64,000 bases of DNA from Alphaproteobacteria bacterium (GTDB taxonomy: Bacteria > Pseudomonadota > Alphaproteobacteria > Acetobacterales > Acetobacteraceae). The number at the start of each line of letters is the position of its first letter. Position 1 is the stretch's first letter. The notes under the pieces are model-generated. The model saw only the letters and a list, made by a program, of their open reading frames with translations, did not search any database and was not told where the DNA came from. Where the stretch lies: the NCBI GenBank assembly GCA_026400845.1, contig JAPLOH010000053.1, positions 40,411-104,410 of the forward strand, given 5' to 3'. Below, in pieces: positions 1 through 9,137 of this stretch. The translations under genes and the position numbers were made by a program.

Positions 1-399
1 GAAGATATTGAGCCCGTCGACCGAACGGGCGGTGCCGGTGGCGAGTGTCCGCCGCCGCGTATCCTGCGAAATCAGCGCCCAGTTGGCAGTGCCAACCAGC
101 CGCAGGCGCGACGGGATGGAGGTGGTTTGCGCGATGTTGAGGGTATCGCCCTGGATGCCGTAGCCCACCGAAAGATCATAGCGCTTCGCCACTCCGCCAC
201 CGCTGCGCTCGAAGCGCGCCTGCAAGGCCTGGCGCAACAACTGCCCGGAGCGCTCAGGGATCAGTGCGATCGAGATCTCCGCCAACCCTTGTTCGGCCGG
301 GCTGACTGTGCCGTTGTCGCGCACCCCGTAGAGCGGGCGGAAGCCGCAGGCCGTGAGCAACGCCAATCCCCCCGCCGCGGCCAGCAGGCGGCGGGACAT
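1..399 (-). CDS. lptE: LPS-assembly lipoprotein LptE (start inside the window, 3' end runs off the left edge)
   Basis: Translated by hand from the minus strand. ATG is the complement of 397-399. The product begins MSRRLLAAAGGLALLTACGFRPLYGVRDNG, a lipoprotein signal with an L-T-A-C lipobox followed by a GFRPLY motif. The frame stays open to position 1. The gene lies directly downstream of leuS, the conserved leuS-lptE order. It is absent from the ORF track because it has no stop in the window. Confidence 0.7.
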   Translation of the reverse strand, partial: MSRRLLAAAGGLALLTACGFRPLYGVRDNGTVSPAEQGLAEISIALIPERSGQLLRQALQARFERSGGGVAKRYDLSVGYGIQGDTLNIAQTTSIPSRLRLVGTANWALISQDTRRRTLATGTARSVDGLNIF

Positions 400-418
400 C
401 GGGGTCGGTTCGGATATG

Positions 419-3064
419 CTATTCCGCGATGACAAAATTCACGATCCGGTTGGGCACATAGACGCGCTTGACGATCCGCTTGCCATCCAGCAGCCGCGCC
501 ACGTTGGGTTCGTCCGCCGCGGCGCGCAACACATCCGCCTCGGCGCTGCCCGGCGGCATGGCAACCGTACCGCGCAACTTGCCGAGCACCTGCACGGCGA
601 TGGTGACCAGTTCGGCCGCGGCGAGCGACACATCCGCCTCCGGCCATGGCAATTCGGCGACGATATCTGAGGCACCGGGGTTGAGGCGCGCGAAGATCTC
701 CTCGGCCAAATGCGGCATAGCAGGAGAAATCAACCGTGCCGCCATTTCCACTGCCTCACGCCGCGCCCAGTCGAGGCCTTCGGTGTCGGCACCAGTCGTG
801 GCTTTTTCGGCATCACCGATCGCGTTGGACAATTCATAGATGCGGGCGACCGCGACATTGAATGCAAAGCTCTCGAGCGCCTCGGTTACCGTCAGGATCG
901 CGCGATGAGTGGCCCGCCGCAGCGTTCGTGCCGGGGTGCCGAACTGGGCCGGCGCTTCACCGTACGGGCCGGGGGCGATATTCTCGACCAGGCGGAACAA
1001 CCGCTGGGTGAACCGGTAGGCGCCGACCACCCCGGCCTCGGTCCATTCCATGTCCCGCTCCGGCGGGTTGTCGGAGAGGATGAACCAGCGCGCCGTATCT
1101 GCACCGTAACGAGATATGATGGCCCCGGGATCGACAGTATTTCGCTTTGATTTCGACATTGCCTCGACGCGCCCGACCGTCACCGGCTCGCCGGTGCCCA
1201 GATGGAATGCGGTGCCATCGGGCCGCTTCTCGATCTCCTCGGGGTAGAGCCAGGCGCCATTGCCGCCACCACCAAGCTTGTAACTCTCATGCGTCACCAT
1301 CCCCTGCGTGAACAGCCCGGCGAAGGGTTCGGAGACGTTGAGGTGCCCGGTTTTTTGCATGGCGCGCGAGAAGAAGCGTGAGTAGAGGAGATGCAGGATC
1401 GCGTGCTCGATGCCACCGATATACTGATCAACCGGCATCCAGTGCTTCACTGCCGCCTGCACAACCGGGATATCGGCATGGGGGCTGCAGAATCGGGCAA
1501 AATACCACGAACTATCGACGAACGTATCCAGCGTGTCCGTATCGCGTTCGGCAGCCTTACCGCAGCACGGGCATTTCACATGCTTCCAGGTCGGGTGCAG
1601 ATCAAGCAGCTTGCCGTTCCACTCGAACGACACGTCGTCCGGCAGCACGACCGGCAGTTCGGTCGCCGGCACCGGGACAACGCCGCAGGCCGCGCAATGG
1701 ATCACCGGCACCGGCGCGCCCCAGTAGCGCTGCCTGCCAACGCCCCAATCGCGCAAGCGCCAGTTCACGACGCCTTTACCAATCCCGCGCCGTTCGAGCT
1801 CGGTGATCACCGCACCCTTGGCCGCCTCCGGCGCCTCCAGCCCGTCGAGGAAGCCGGAGTTGATGATAATCCCCGTGCCGTCGAACGCCTTATCGGCGAC
1901 GGTGAAGCGCACGGCATCCTCGCCAAGGGGCAACACCACCGGCAGAACACCAAGATCATACTTCCGCGCGAAATCGAGATCGCGCTGGTCATGCGCCGGG
2001 CAGCCGAAAATCGCGCCCGTACCGTATTCCATCAGCACGAAATTGGCGATCCACACCGGGAAGGTAGCACCTTCGATGAACGGGTGCTTTACCCGCAGCC
2101 CGGTGTCATAGCCGCGCTTTTCGAGTGTCGCGATCACCGCTTCGGAGGTGCCCATGCTACGGCAATCCGCAACGAACTCGGCCGCTCCGGGGCTCCCCGC
2201 CGCTGCTGCGGTCGCCAGCGGATGCTCCGGCGCCACCGCGAGGAACGACATCCCGTAAAGTGTGTCGGGCCTGGTGGTATAAACCTCGACGCTGCCAATC
2301 CCGGCCGTCGGCGTGGCCAGCTCAAACGACATGCGTGCGCCTTCGCTCCGCCCGATCCAGTTGTGCTGCATCAGCCGAACGCGTTCCGGCCAGCGATCGA
2401 GCCCGTCGAGCGCCGCGAGCAGGTCCGGCGCATAGTCGGTGATGCGCAGGAACCACTGCGAGAGCAGCTTCTTCTCCACCTGCGCGCCGGAGCGCCAGCC
2501 CTTGCCGTCAATCACCTGCTCATTGGCAAGCACCGTGCCGTCCACCGGGTCCCAGTTGACCCAGCTTTCACGCCGCTCGGCGAGGCCGGCTTCGAGGAAA
2601 TCAAGGAATAGCTTTTGCTGATGGCGGTAGTACGACGGGTCGCAGGTCGCGAATTCGCGGTCCCAGTCGAGCGAGAGGCCCATGCGCTTCAACTCGGTGC
2701 GCATGTTCGCGATGTTGTCCCAGGTCCACTTCGCCGGATGGATACCGCGCTCGCGTGCCGCGTTCTCCGCCGGCAGCCCGAAGGCGTCCCACCCCATCGG
2801 ATGCATCACCGAATGGCCGCGGGCCCGCTTGTAGCGCGCCACCACATCGCCCAGCGTGTAGTTGCGCACATGGCCCATGTGGATCTTGCCGCTGGGATAG
2901 GGAAACATCTCAAGCACATAGTATTTCGGCTTGCCGTCGGTCGGCACATCCTGCACGCGGAAGGTGCCACGCGCATCCCACTCCGCCTGCCAACGCGGCT
3001 CGGCGCGGGCAAAGTCGAATCGCGGCTCGGCCGCGGCTGGGGTCTCGGCTGGGGGAACGCTCAT
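419..3064 (-). CDS. leuS: leucine--tRNA ligase
   Basis: 881-aa ORF. Class I synthetase HIGH-type motif ([15 protein letters not shown]) and KMSKS (AMSKSKRN). Full-length LeuS-like sequence throughout. Confidence 0.97.
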   Translation of the reverse strand: MSVPPAETPAAAEPRFDFARAEPRWQAEWDARGTFRVQDVPTDGKPKYYVLEMFPYPSGKIHMGHVRNYTLGDVVARYKRARGHSVMHPMGWDAFGLPAENAARERGIHPAKWTWDNIANMRTELKRMGLSLDWDREFATCDPSYYRHQQKLFLDFLEAGLAERRESWVNWDPVDGTVLANEQVIDGKGWRSGAQVEKKLLSQWFLRITDYAPDLLAALDGLDRWPERVRLMQHNWIGRSEGARMSFELATPTAGIGSVEVYTTRPDTLYGMSFLAVAPEHPLATAAAAGSPGAAEFVADCRSMGTSEAVIATLEKRGYDTGLRVKHPFIEGATFPVWIANFVLMEYGTGAIFGCPAHDQRDLDFARKYDLGVLPVVLPLGEDAVRFTVADKAFDGTGIIINSGFLDGLEAPEAAKGAVITELERRGIGKGVVNWRLRDWGVGRQRYWGAPVPVIHCAACGVVPVPATELPVVLPDDVSFEWNGKLLDLHPTWKHVKCPCCGKAAERDTDTLDTFVDSSWYFARFCSPHADIPVVQAAVKHWMPVDQYIGGIEHAILHLLYSRFFSRAMQKTGHLNVSEPFAGLFTQGMVTHESYKLGGGGNGAWLYPEEIEKRPDGTAFHLGTGEPVTVGRVEAMSKSKRNTVDPGAIISRYGADTARWFILSDNPPERDMEWTEAGVVGAYRFTQRLFRLVENIAPGPYGEAPAQFGTPARTLRRATHRAILTVTEALESFAFNVAVARIYELSNAIGDAEKATTGADTEGLDWARREAVEMAARLISPAMPHLAEEIFARLNPGASDIVAELPWPEADVSLAAAELVTIAVQVLGKLRGTVAMPPGSAEADVLRAAADEPNVARLLDGKRIVKRVYVPNRIVNFVIAE

Positions 3065-3246
3065 CGATCTCTCACGGCAAGGCGGCTGAACTTATCACAT
3101 CATGTATCCGTCAGATCGCCGATAACGGCAACCCGGACCGCTCTTCCCGTAGTAGCCAGTCTGCTCCACCAATGGCCTGTCTGCCCCACCCTGACGTTGG
3201 AGCAGCATCCCGATCAGCGGATTGGCCTTCCGCGCGGCATTGCGCG

Positions 3247-4695
3247 ATGCTTGCGGCAATGAGTGACGCGTCCCGATCCGAAGCCGATCGCCCGGCCAAC
3301 AGCACGCGGCGGAACCGCCTGACGGCGCTGATCGTCGCCTGCGCGCTGTTCATGCAGAACCTCGACAGCACGGTGATCTCAACCGCGCTGCCGACCATGG
3401 CCAAGGCCTTCGGTGCCGAGCCTACGCACATGAACGTGGCGCTGACTTCCTACATGCTGAGCCTCGCCGTGTTTATCCCCTGCAGCGGGTGGCTTGCCGA
3501 CCGGTTCGGGACACGCACCGTCTTCCGCGCCGCGATCGTGGTGTTCACCCTCGGCTCGGTACTGTGTGGCAGCGCCAATTCACTGCCATTCCTGGTGTGT
3601 GCCCGCATCCTACAAGGGCTCGGCGGCGCGATGATGGTGCCGGTGGGTCGGCTATTGCTGTTACGCACGGTGCCGAAATCCGAGCTCGTCTCCGCGATGG
3701 CCTGGCTGTCCACCCCGGCACTGCTCGGCCCGGTACTCGGCCCACCGCTTGGCGGCTTCGTGGTGACCTATTTTTCCTGGCGCTACATCTTCGCCATCAA
3801 CATCCCGATCGGCATTCTCGGCATCATCCTCGTCACCCTCTACGTCGAGGATGTGCGCGAGCCCGGCGGTGCGAAGTTCGATTGGCGGGGGTTCGCCTTC
3901 TCATCGGTTGCTCTTGCCGCGCTGATGTTCGGGCTCGAAACGCTTGGCCGCGGGGTGGTGTCTGAGGCGCTCAGCATCGCAGCACTCGGCGTTGGCCTGG
4001 TCGCCGGCGCGTTCTACGTCCTGCATGCCCGCGCCCACACCAGGCCGATCATCGATTTCACCCTGGTGCGCATTCGCACCTTCGCGGTGGCACTCATTGC
4101 CGGAACCCTCTTCCGTATCGGCATCGGCGCCTTGCCTTTCCTGCTGCCGATGATGCTCCAGCTCACCTTCGGCCAATCCGCGGCGCAATCGGGGCTGATA
4201 ACCTTCGCCAGCTCCCTCGGTGCGCTGGTGATGAAACCAGCGGCGACCACCGCGCTGAAGCGCCTCGGTTTCCGCGATACGCTGGTCTTCAACGCCATCC
4301 TCTCGGCGTTCCTGTTGTCGCTCTGCGCCTGGTTCACGCCGGGCTGGCCACCGTTCCTGATCTACGCCGCCCTGCTGTTCGGCGGTTTCTTCCGCTCGCT
4401 GCAATTCACCGCCTACAACGCACTGGCCTATGCCGACGTACCGCGCGACCGCATGAGCTCGGCGACCGGCTTCTACTCCGCCATGCAGCAGATATCGCTG
4501 ACCCTCGGCGTCTCCATCGCCGCCGCCTCCCTCACCGTCACCATGACTATCACCGACCACGCCACGCCCCTGCTGGCCGACTTCTCGACCGCCTTCCTCG
4601 TGGTCTCCCTCGTCTCCCTCTGCGCCGCCCCCCTCGCCCTCACCATGCCCCGCACGGCGGCGACCGAACTGAGCGGGCATTCACGCGGACGATAG
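3247..4695 (+). CDS. MFS transporter, DHA2 (EmrB/QacA-like) drug:H+ antiporter family
   Basis: Frame of track ORF 2755..4695. The first ~164 aa are Arg/Pro-rich and overlap leuS, so the likely start is ATG 3247 (MLAAMSDAS) or 3259. From there the sequence has many hydrophobic spans and MFS motifs (LDSTVISTALPTM, GWLADRFGTR). Confidence 0.85.
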   Translation: MLAAMSDASRSEADRPANSTRRNRLTALIVACALFMQNLDSTVISTALPTMAKAFGAEPTHMNVALTSYMLSLAVFIPCSGWLADRFGTRTVFRAAIVVFTLGSVLCGSANSLPFLVCARILQGLGGAMMVPVGRLLLLRTVPKSELVSAMAWLSTPALLGPVLGPPLGGFVVTYFSWRYIFAINIPIGILGIILVTLYVEDVREPGGAKFDWRGFAFSSVALAALMFGLETLGRGVVSEALSIAALGVGLVAGAFYVLHARAHTRPIIDFTLVRIRTFAVALIAGTLFRIGIGALPFLLPMMLQLTFGQSAAQSGLITFASSLGALVMKPAATTALKRLGFRDTLVFNAILSAFLLSLCAWFTPGWPPFLIYAALLFGGFFRSLQFTAYNALAYADVPRDRMSSATGFYSAMQQISLTLGVSIAAASLTVTMTITDHATPLLADFSTAFLVVSLVSLCAAPLALTMPRTAATELSGHSRGR

Positions 4696-4861
4696 GCTGG
4701 AATGATCCTGACTCTACCACCCCAATAGCTTTGCTCCGGGCCGAGCACGCCGGATGTCCGCTGCTGCCGGTGATGCTTCAACGATCGGCAGTTAACGGCC
4801 GGCAACCCATGATATTAAGACCGATATTGTAACAAAAACCACGCACCTCTCCCCAACAAGC

Positions 4862-5467
4862 TCAATCCCGCGGCAGCCGCCTGGGCAGCAGCTTCATCGG
4901 CTTCCCCTCCGAATTGGGGTACCACAAGATCGCCTCGCGCTCCTTGCGCGTAAGCCGCTTCGGTTTGGTCGAGACCTTCTTCGACCGCGGCGTGCGCGGG
5001 CGGCGCGGCAACGGCGGGACGCAGGCGACATCGATGTTGAGAAGCCGGAACATCGGGCGCAACACGCGCTGCGCCTCGGGCGAGGCCGCGACGATTGCGG
5101 CAACCTCCGGGCGGTTCATCTGATAAGCCAATTGCGCGGTGAACCCCACAACCTCCCAGCCGAGAAACCCGACCCAGCCCTTGGTGCGCGGAAACGCCGG
5201 GCGCGGCCCCACAGGCGGCTTGCGCACCGCTCCAGCGCGGGACTTGCGCTTGCGGAACACCTCCCCCGCCGCAATCCGCACCATCACCCGCTCGAACCGC
5301 CGCACGCCCCCGATCAGATAATTCCACACCGCCGGGCCGTGCCCATAGTTCCGATGGCCGATGAGCTTGGTGCCCATCATGCGCAGAAGACTCGCCATGA
5401 TACGCACCACCAGCGCCGCCACTTCGGCGTGCAGGGTGGACGCGGGGGGAGGAGTGCAAACTATCAT
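4862..5467 (-). CDS. conserved hypothetical protein with a Lys/Arg/Pro-rich C-terminus
   Basis: 201-aa ORF with GC-rich third positions. No recognisable catalytic motif. The start codon is uncertain because there are several in-frame Met codons. Confidence 0.5.
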   Translation of the reverse strand: MIVCTPPPASTLHAEVAALVVRIMASLLRMMGTKLIGHRNYGHGPAVWNYLIGGVRRFERVMVRIAAGEVFRKRKSRAGAVRKPPVGPRPAFPRTKGWVGFLGWEVVGFTAQLAYQMNRPEVAAIVAASPEAQRVLRPMFRLLNIDVACVPPLPRRPRTPRSKKVSTKPKRLTRKEREAILWYPNSEGKPMKLLPRRLPRD

Positions 5468-5518
5468 GACTTATTAGATAACTATCAAGATCAGGGATGT
5501 CAAGGGAGAAGGGAAGCA

Positions 5519-5570
5519 GGAAGCGGTTCTTTCTTGAAAAAAGAACCGAAAAACTTTTGCCACAGTTTCG
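5519..5570. repeat. solo arm (half copy A) of the nested-palindrome repeat family
   Basis: ggaagcggttctttcttgaaaaaagaaccgaaaaacttttgccacagtttcg. It contains the local hairpin ggttcttt/aaagaacc. It is an imperfect inverted repeat of 9003-9055. Confidence 0.8.
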
Positions 5571-5657
5571 ATCGACGTTCCGCTCGCAAAGTGCGGGGGC
5601 GGGGCTTGACGCGGAGTGGGACTGGAACGAGTTTCATCCCGCAACAAGGCAACCATA

Positions 5658-6575
5658 ATGGACCTCCAGCGCAGGGAACTCCGCGACGACCTGAACCGCA
5701 TGCGTGGATCGCGCGACGCCATTCTGCGCGCGCGGGGAGACAACGTCGCATTCGAGGAAAACGTATCCGCCGCACGGACGGCGGGATTCGAGGCGGCAAC
5801 GGCGCGACAGTCGAGTTTGCAGGCGGCGCTCGCCTATTACTTCGACCGGAGCGTGCAGGGCGAGGCGAAAACCCATGTGCCGTCCACGTTTTCGGCGGAG
5901 AATGACCTGGCCCTGCTGCCACCCGGCGTGGCGGGCAACCAAAAAATCATCCGGATCGAATGCCTCGACGACTGGCAGCGGGAGAGCTGGTTCAGTTTCA
6001 CCAAGCTCGAAGCCGCAGTACAGCCGGACAGGCGCGATGCCAGCGTGATAGAGCCGAATATCCGCCGCCTGAACGCGTTCGCCGGCGCGCGGCCGGCCTA
6101 TGCGGCGTTCAAATCGGAAGTGTCGACCGACCTCGGCCTGCCCGATTGGTTCGAGCGGCTGGTAGCGCGGCTCGGGCTTGGCCATTTTGCCGTCGCGCGA
6201 GAGGACGTGCGGTATTTCGCGCTGATGGAGTATCTGGCGCGCGACGTGATTGCGGGAACGTCGATTGAACGGCCATTCGCCAAACCCACCTTATTGGAGG
6301 CGCGCGGCAACGAGTACTTCTTCCCGGCGCCGCGCGGCGAGGACTTCGGCTTCACCGCGGACCTCGCGCCGGAAACAGGGCGTGACGCGGTGCGTGAATT
6401 CCTCCATGCTCGGTTAAGCTACACGGCGGATCATATGGTCCGGGTCTATCGTTTGGCGGGGCCTACGGCATCGGTGCGGCTGAGCGCGGTGCGGGATGCG
6501 CATTTGCGCCATGTCCGGGCGCGGTCGGGGCGGGCGGATTTTGGCGCCTTCATGGCGGACGAGGTGGATGAGTAG
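5658..6575 (+). CDS. hypothetical protein (first gene of the repeat-bracketed cassette)
   Basis: Track ORF 5616..6575. The likely start is ATG 5658 (MDLQRRELRDDLNRM). The N-terminus is charged and coiled-coil-like. No known motif was recognised. GC-rich third positions. The stop overlaps the next ORF's start (atgagtag). Confidence 0.55.
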   Translation: MDLQRRELRDDLNRMRGSRDAILRARGDNVAFEENVSAARTAGFEAATARQSSLQAALAYYFDRSVQGEAKTHVPSTFSAENDLALLPPGVAGNQKIIRIECLDDWQRESWFSFTKLEAAVQPDRRDASVIEPNIRRLNAFAGARPAYAAFKSEVSTDLGLPDWFERLVARLGLGHFAVAREDVRYFALMEYLARDVIAGTSIERPFAKPTLLEARGNEYFFPAPRGEDFGFTADLAPETGRDAVREFLHARLSYTADHMVRVYRLAGPTASVRLSAVRDAHLRHVRARSGRADFGAFMADEVDE

Positions 6576-7224
6576 CGCGGCTTCAATCGACCGGATGGAT
6601 GGCACGGGACGGCACCCATGGCTGGCAGCACTGGTCGCGTCGCCGGCAGAGGAGGTGCGCGCGCTGATCGAGCTGTACGCCGAGGTACACCCCTATGGGC
6701 GGGCGGAGCCGGGCGATGCGGCGCACGCGCTGCTGTTCGGACTGGCGGGCGACGATCCGGCGCGGGCGGCGCTCGACGCCGGCTGTGGCGCGGTGTTGCT
6801 GGCTTTGCGGGCGGAGATGGATCGGGGGGACGCAGCAGAGTATCCGCGGGCGGCGATGCTGGCGTTGCGACTGCTGACCGTGATCCGCCGGCTACGGCCG
6901 GCGCAAACCGTGCGGGACCTGCATCGGCGCTACATGTTCTGGTTCGCGGTGTTCGAAACGGCAGCACTCGATGACGGTCTTGACGTGCGGCGGGAGTTCC
7001 TGCGGGTTCTGGCGCTGACGCAGGATATGGCGGAGACCACCGCACCGCGCCGGCTGATGGCGCTGTGGCTGGACGTCTGCGCCGAAGCCGGGCCAAACGG
7101 GCAGTATGACCCGAGCTATCTCGATGTCGGGCTCAGCGGACTGCGGGATTTGCCGCTGGCGGCCGAGCATGACGCCAACGAGGAGGCGATGTGCCACGGC
7201 ATCGCGCGCTGGGCGGTGCGGTAG
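6568..7224 (+). CDS. hypothetical protein, possibly the N-terminal part of a larger TPR protein interrupted by an in-frame TAG
   Basis: ATG 6568 (MSSAASIDRMDG) overlaps the upstream stop. The ORF ends at TAG 7222-7224. The same frame continues with coding-like sequence into ORF 7309..8916. Confidence 0.5.
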   Translation: MSSAASIDRMDGTGRHPWLAALVASPAEEVRALIELYAEVHPYGRAEPGDAAHALLFGLAGDDPARAALDAGCGAVLLALRAEMDRGDAAEYPRAAMLALRLLTVIRRLRPAQTVRDLHRRYMFWFAVFETAALDDGLDVRREFLRVLALTQDMAETTAPRRLMALWLDVCAEAGPNGQYDPSYLDVGLSGLRDLPLAAEHDANEEAMCHGIARWAVR

Positions 7225-7308
7225 CGGCCGGAACAGGCGCAGTTCCTGGCGCGGTGGCGCGAGATCGAGAGCGCGTATCCGCGCAGCTCGGAATTCTGGC
7301 CCAAGCTG

Positions 7309-8916
7309 GTGCAAGAGGTGATCGGGGCGACTGAAAAGTGGCTCGGGGCCGAGGCCGGGGCGGGGCGGACATTTCCGGCCGCGGCATGGTGGTTGCCCCG
7401 CCAACGCCTGGTCCTGGCGCACGAAAAGCCCGGACGGCGGCCCTCCGCGGGTAGGTTCCAGCGCACCTCGTCACCGCCGCCGGCGGAGCGGCGCAAGACG
7501 CTTTTGCGCGAGATCGCGAAACCGCTGGATCAGCTTCGGGCGCCAATCGAGCGGCTGATGGCGGATCTTCGGCGCCATGCCGAGGCGACGGGGGAGACCT
7601 ATGACTGCGTTCGTACCGCATGCAATGTCGGCATGCGGTTGTTGGAGAGCGGGCCGGGGGGCGAGCGTGCCGCCCGCGGCGTGGTTGCGGCAGAGTTGGG
7701 GCGGATGGTGCTCGGGTTCGAACCGCACAATCCTTTCGCCTGGGCACTGTGGCGCGATGGGCTGGAGGCACAGGGGGCACTGGCGGCAGCGGAGGAGGTC
7801 GGCTGGGAGGCGCTTCGGCGCTACCCGGAGAACCCGCAGTGGCGCACCCAATTGGCGACGGTGCTGGTGCATGCCGGTCGGGCCGACGAGGCGGCGGCTC
7901 TGTTGCGGGAGACGATAGCACTGTTCCCGGGCAATGTGATCGCACGCAACCAGTTGGCAATCGTCTTGGGGGAGCGGCTCGGCGATCCGCAGGGAACGGC
8001 CGGGCTGTTGCGGGAGATGATAGCGCTGTTTCCGGGCGATGCGCCGGCACGCAACCAGTTGGCGACGGTGCTTGCGAGGAGGTTGAGCGATCCCCAAGGG
8101 GCGATAGCCGTGCTGGAGGCGGCGATCGCGGCGCTATCCACCGACGCCTATACATATAATTTCCTCGCGATCCTGATGAACAATACGCGGGGGGATCGTG
8201 CTGGTGCGGCGACGGTGCTGCGTGCGGGGCAGGCGGCCGGGTTGGCTGACGAGGTTACGGCGGAGCTGCAGCAGCAGCTGCACGAAGGGCGTCGTCAGCT
8301 GCGTCACCAGTCGACGCGAGCGCCGCAGGCGACCGGCCTTGCAGTGACAGCCGCGGCGGCGGTTCAGTTTGACCTATCGCGTGAGTTCACGGATCCAGCT
8401 CAGGCGACCGGCGTTGCCGTACCAGAAGCCGCGGCCCAGGTCGACTTGCCCGACGCGCGAGCGCGGCGGGCGTTGTTCCGCGCCGAGTGCGGGGATGACC
8501 GGGCGGCGGGGCTGGCGGAGGTGCGGCGGTTGCTCGATGAGGATGGGGCGTCGGCCTATACGCGGTATGTGGCGCGGCGGACGGGCGTGGTTTCGGGCGA
8601 CGGCATGGGGCATGTGTTTGCCTATGCTTTCGATCGGGCGGCCCAGGCGGGGTCCGGCGCGGCGCTGCGGGCGTTGCTGGACCATGCGCAGGGGGCGGAT
8701 CGCTATGTCGTGCGATCGGCGCAGGCGCTGATGGCGGGCGATGCCGAGTCGCCTGCGGTGTTGGGGGCCAATGATATCGACGCCGGTTCGGCGCTGCGGC
8801 GGTTTGCTGGTGTGGCGGGGACGATCAATGGGGCGTTGCGCGGCGGGCACGCGGATCATTCTGCGATGCTGCGGCTGCTGCGCGACTTCGCTGCCGCGGA
8901 GTTGTCGGCCGCGTGA
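7309..8916 (+). CDS. tetratricopeptide-repeat protein (same frame as 6568..7224, so possibly one disrupted gene)
   Basis: 535-aa ORF with TPR-like repeats (LLRETIALFPGNVIARNQLAIVLGERLGDPQG / LLREMIALFPGDAPARNQLATVLARRLSDPQG). The 84 nt between the TAG and the first listed start also show GC-rich third positions. Confidence 0.6.
   Translation: MQEVIGATEKWLGAEAGAGRTFPAAAWWLPRQRLVLAHEKPGRRPSAGRFQRTSSPPPAERRKTLLREIAKPLDQLRAPIERLMADLRRHAEATGETYDCVRTACNVGMRLLESGPGGERAARGVVAAELGRMVLGFEPHNPFAWALWRDGLEAQGALAAAEEVGWEALRRYPENPQWRTQLATVLVHAGRADEAAALLRETIALFPGNVIARNQLAIVLGERLGDPQGTAGLLREMIALFPGDAPARNQLATVLARRLSDPQGAIAVLEAAIAALSTDAYTYNFLAILMNNTRGDRAGAATVLRAGQAAGLADEVTAELQQQLHEGRRQLRHQSTRAPQATGLAVTAAAAVQFDLSREFTDPAQATGVAVPEAAAQVDLPDARARRALFRAECGDDRAAGLAEVRRLLDEDGASAYTRYVARRTGVVSGDGMGHVFAYAFDRAAQAGSGAALRALLDHAQGADRYVVRSAQALMAGDAESPAVLGANDIDAGSALRRFAGVAGTINGALRGGHADHSAMLRLLRDFAAAELSAA
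7900..8109 (+). repeat. tandem 105-bp (35-codon) duplication inside the TPR gene
   Basis: Units start at 7900 and 8005 (ctgttgcgggaga(c/t)gatagc(a/g)ctgtt(c/t)ccgggc...). They encode two near-identical TPR-like units. Confidence 0.75.
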
Positions 8917-8976
8917 TTGCTGTTTTGCGGGCGCTCGGCGGGGAGTGATTGCGGGGTGGCGGCGCCCTCACCCCGG

Positions 8977-9055
8977 CCCTCTCCCGCAAGGACGGGAGAG
9001 GGGGAAGCAAGTGGAAAAGTTTTTTGCTTCTTTTTTTCAAAAAAGAAGCGCTTCC
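8977..9055. repeat. centre hairpin plus arm (half copy B) of the nested-palindrome repeat family
   Basis: Hairpin ccctctcccg-caagga-cgggagaggg (8977-9002), followed by ggaagcaagtggaaaagttttttgcttctttttttcaaaaaagaagcgcttcc (9003-9055). Confidence 0.8.
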
Positions 9056-9137
9056 CCTGTATCACCTAAGCAGGAGCGCTTTCGCGGATCGAAGACGATC
9101 CGCTGTCGCTTGCCTCGCCGCTACGCTGCGCTTCGCG

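Noticed and set aside
127-670. Track ORFs 127..432, 261..647 and 353..670 at the left edge
   Set aside because: They overlap the hand-translated lptE reading frame and the 3' end of leuS. Their Arg/Ala/Gly-rich sequences have no motifs. The lptE frame, with its lipobox and conserved leuS-lptE order, explains the region better.
2755-3246. 164-aa N-terminal extension of the MFS transporter ORF
   Set aside because: It overlaps the leuS coding region on the opposite strand and is Arg/Pro/Ser-rich with no hydrophobic segment. The MFS homology begins only after ATG 3247.
9084-9103. 8-bp-stem hairpin (gcggatcg-aaga-cgatccgc) between the convergent TPR gene and rho as an intrinsic terminator
   Set aside because: Neither strand has a U-rich tract after the stem, so it does not qualify as a rho-independent terminator. 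It may simply be part of the repeat-rich intergenic region next to half copy B.
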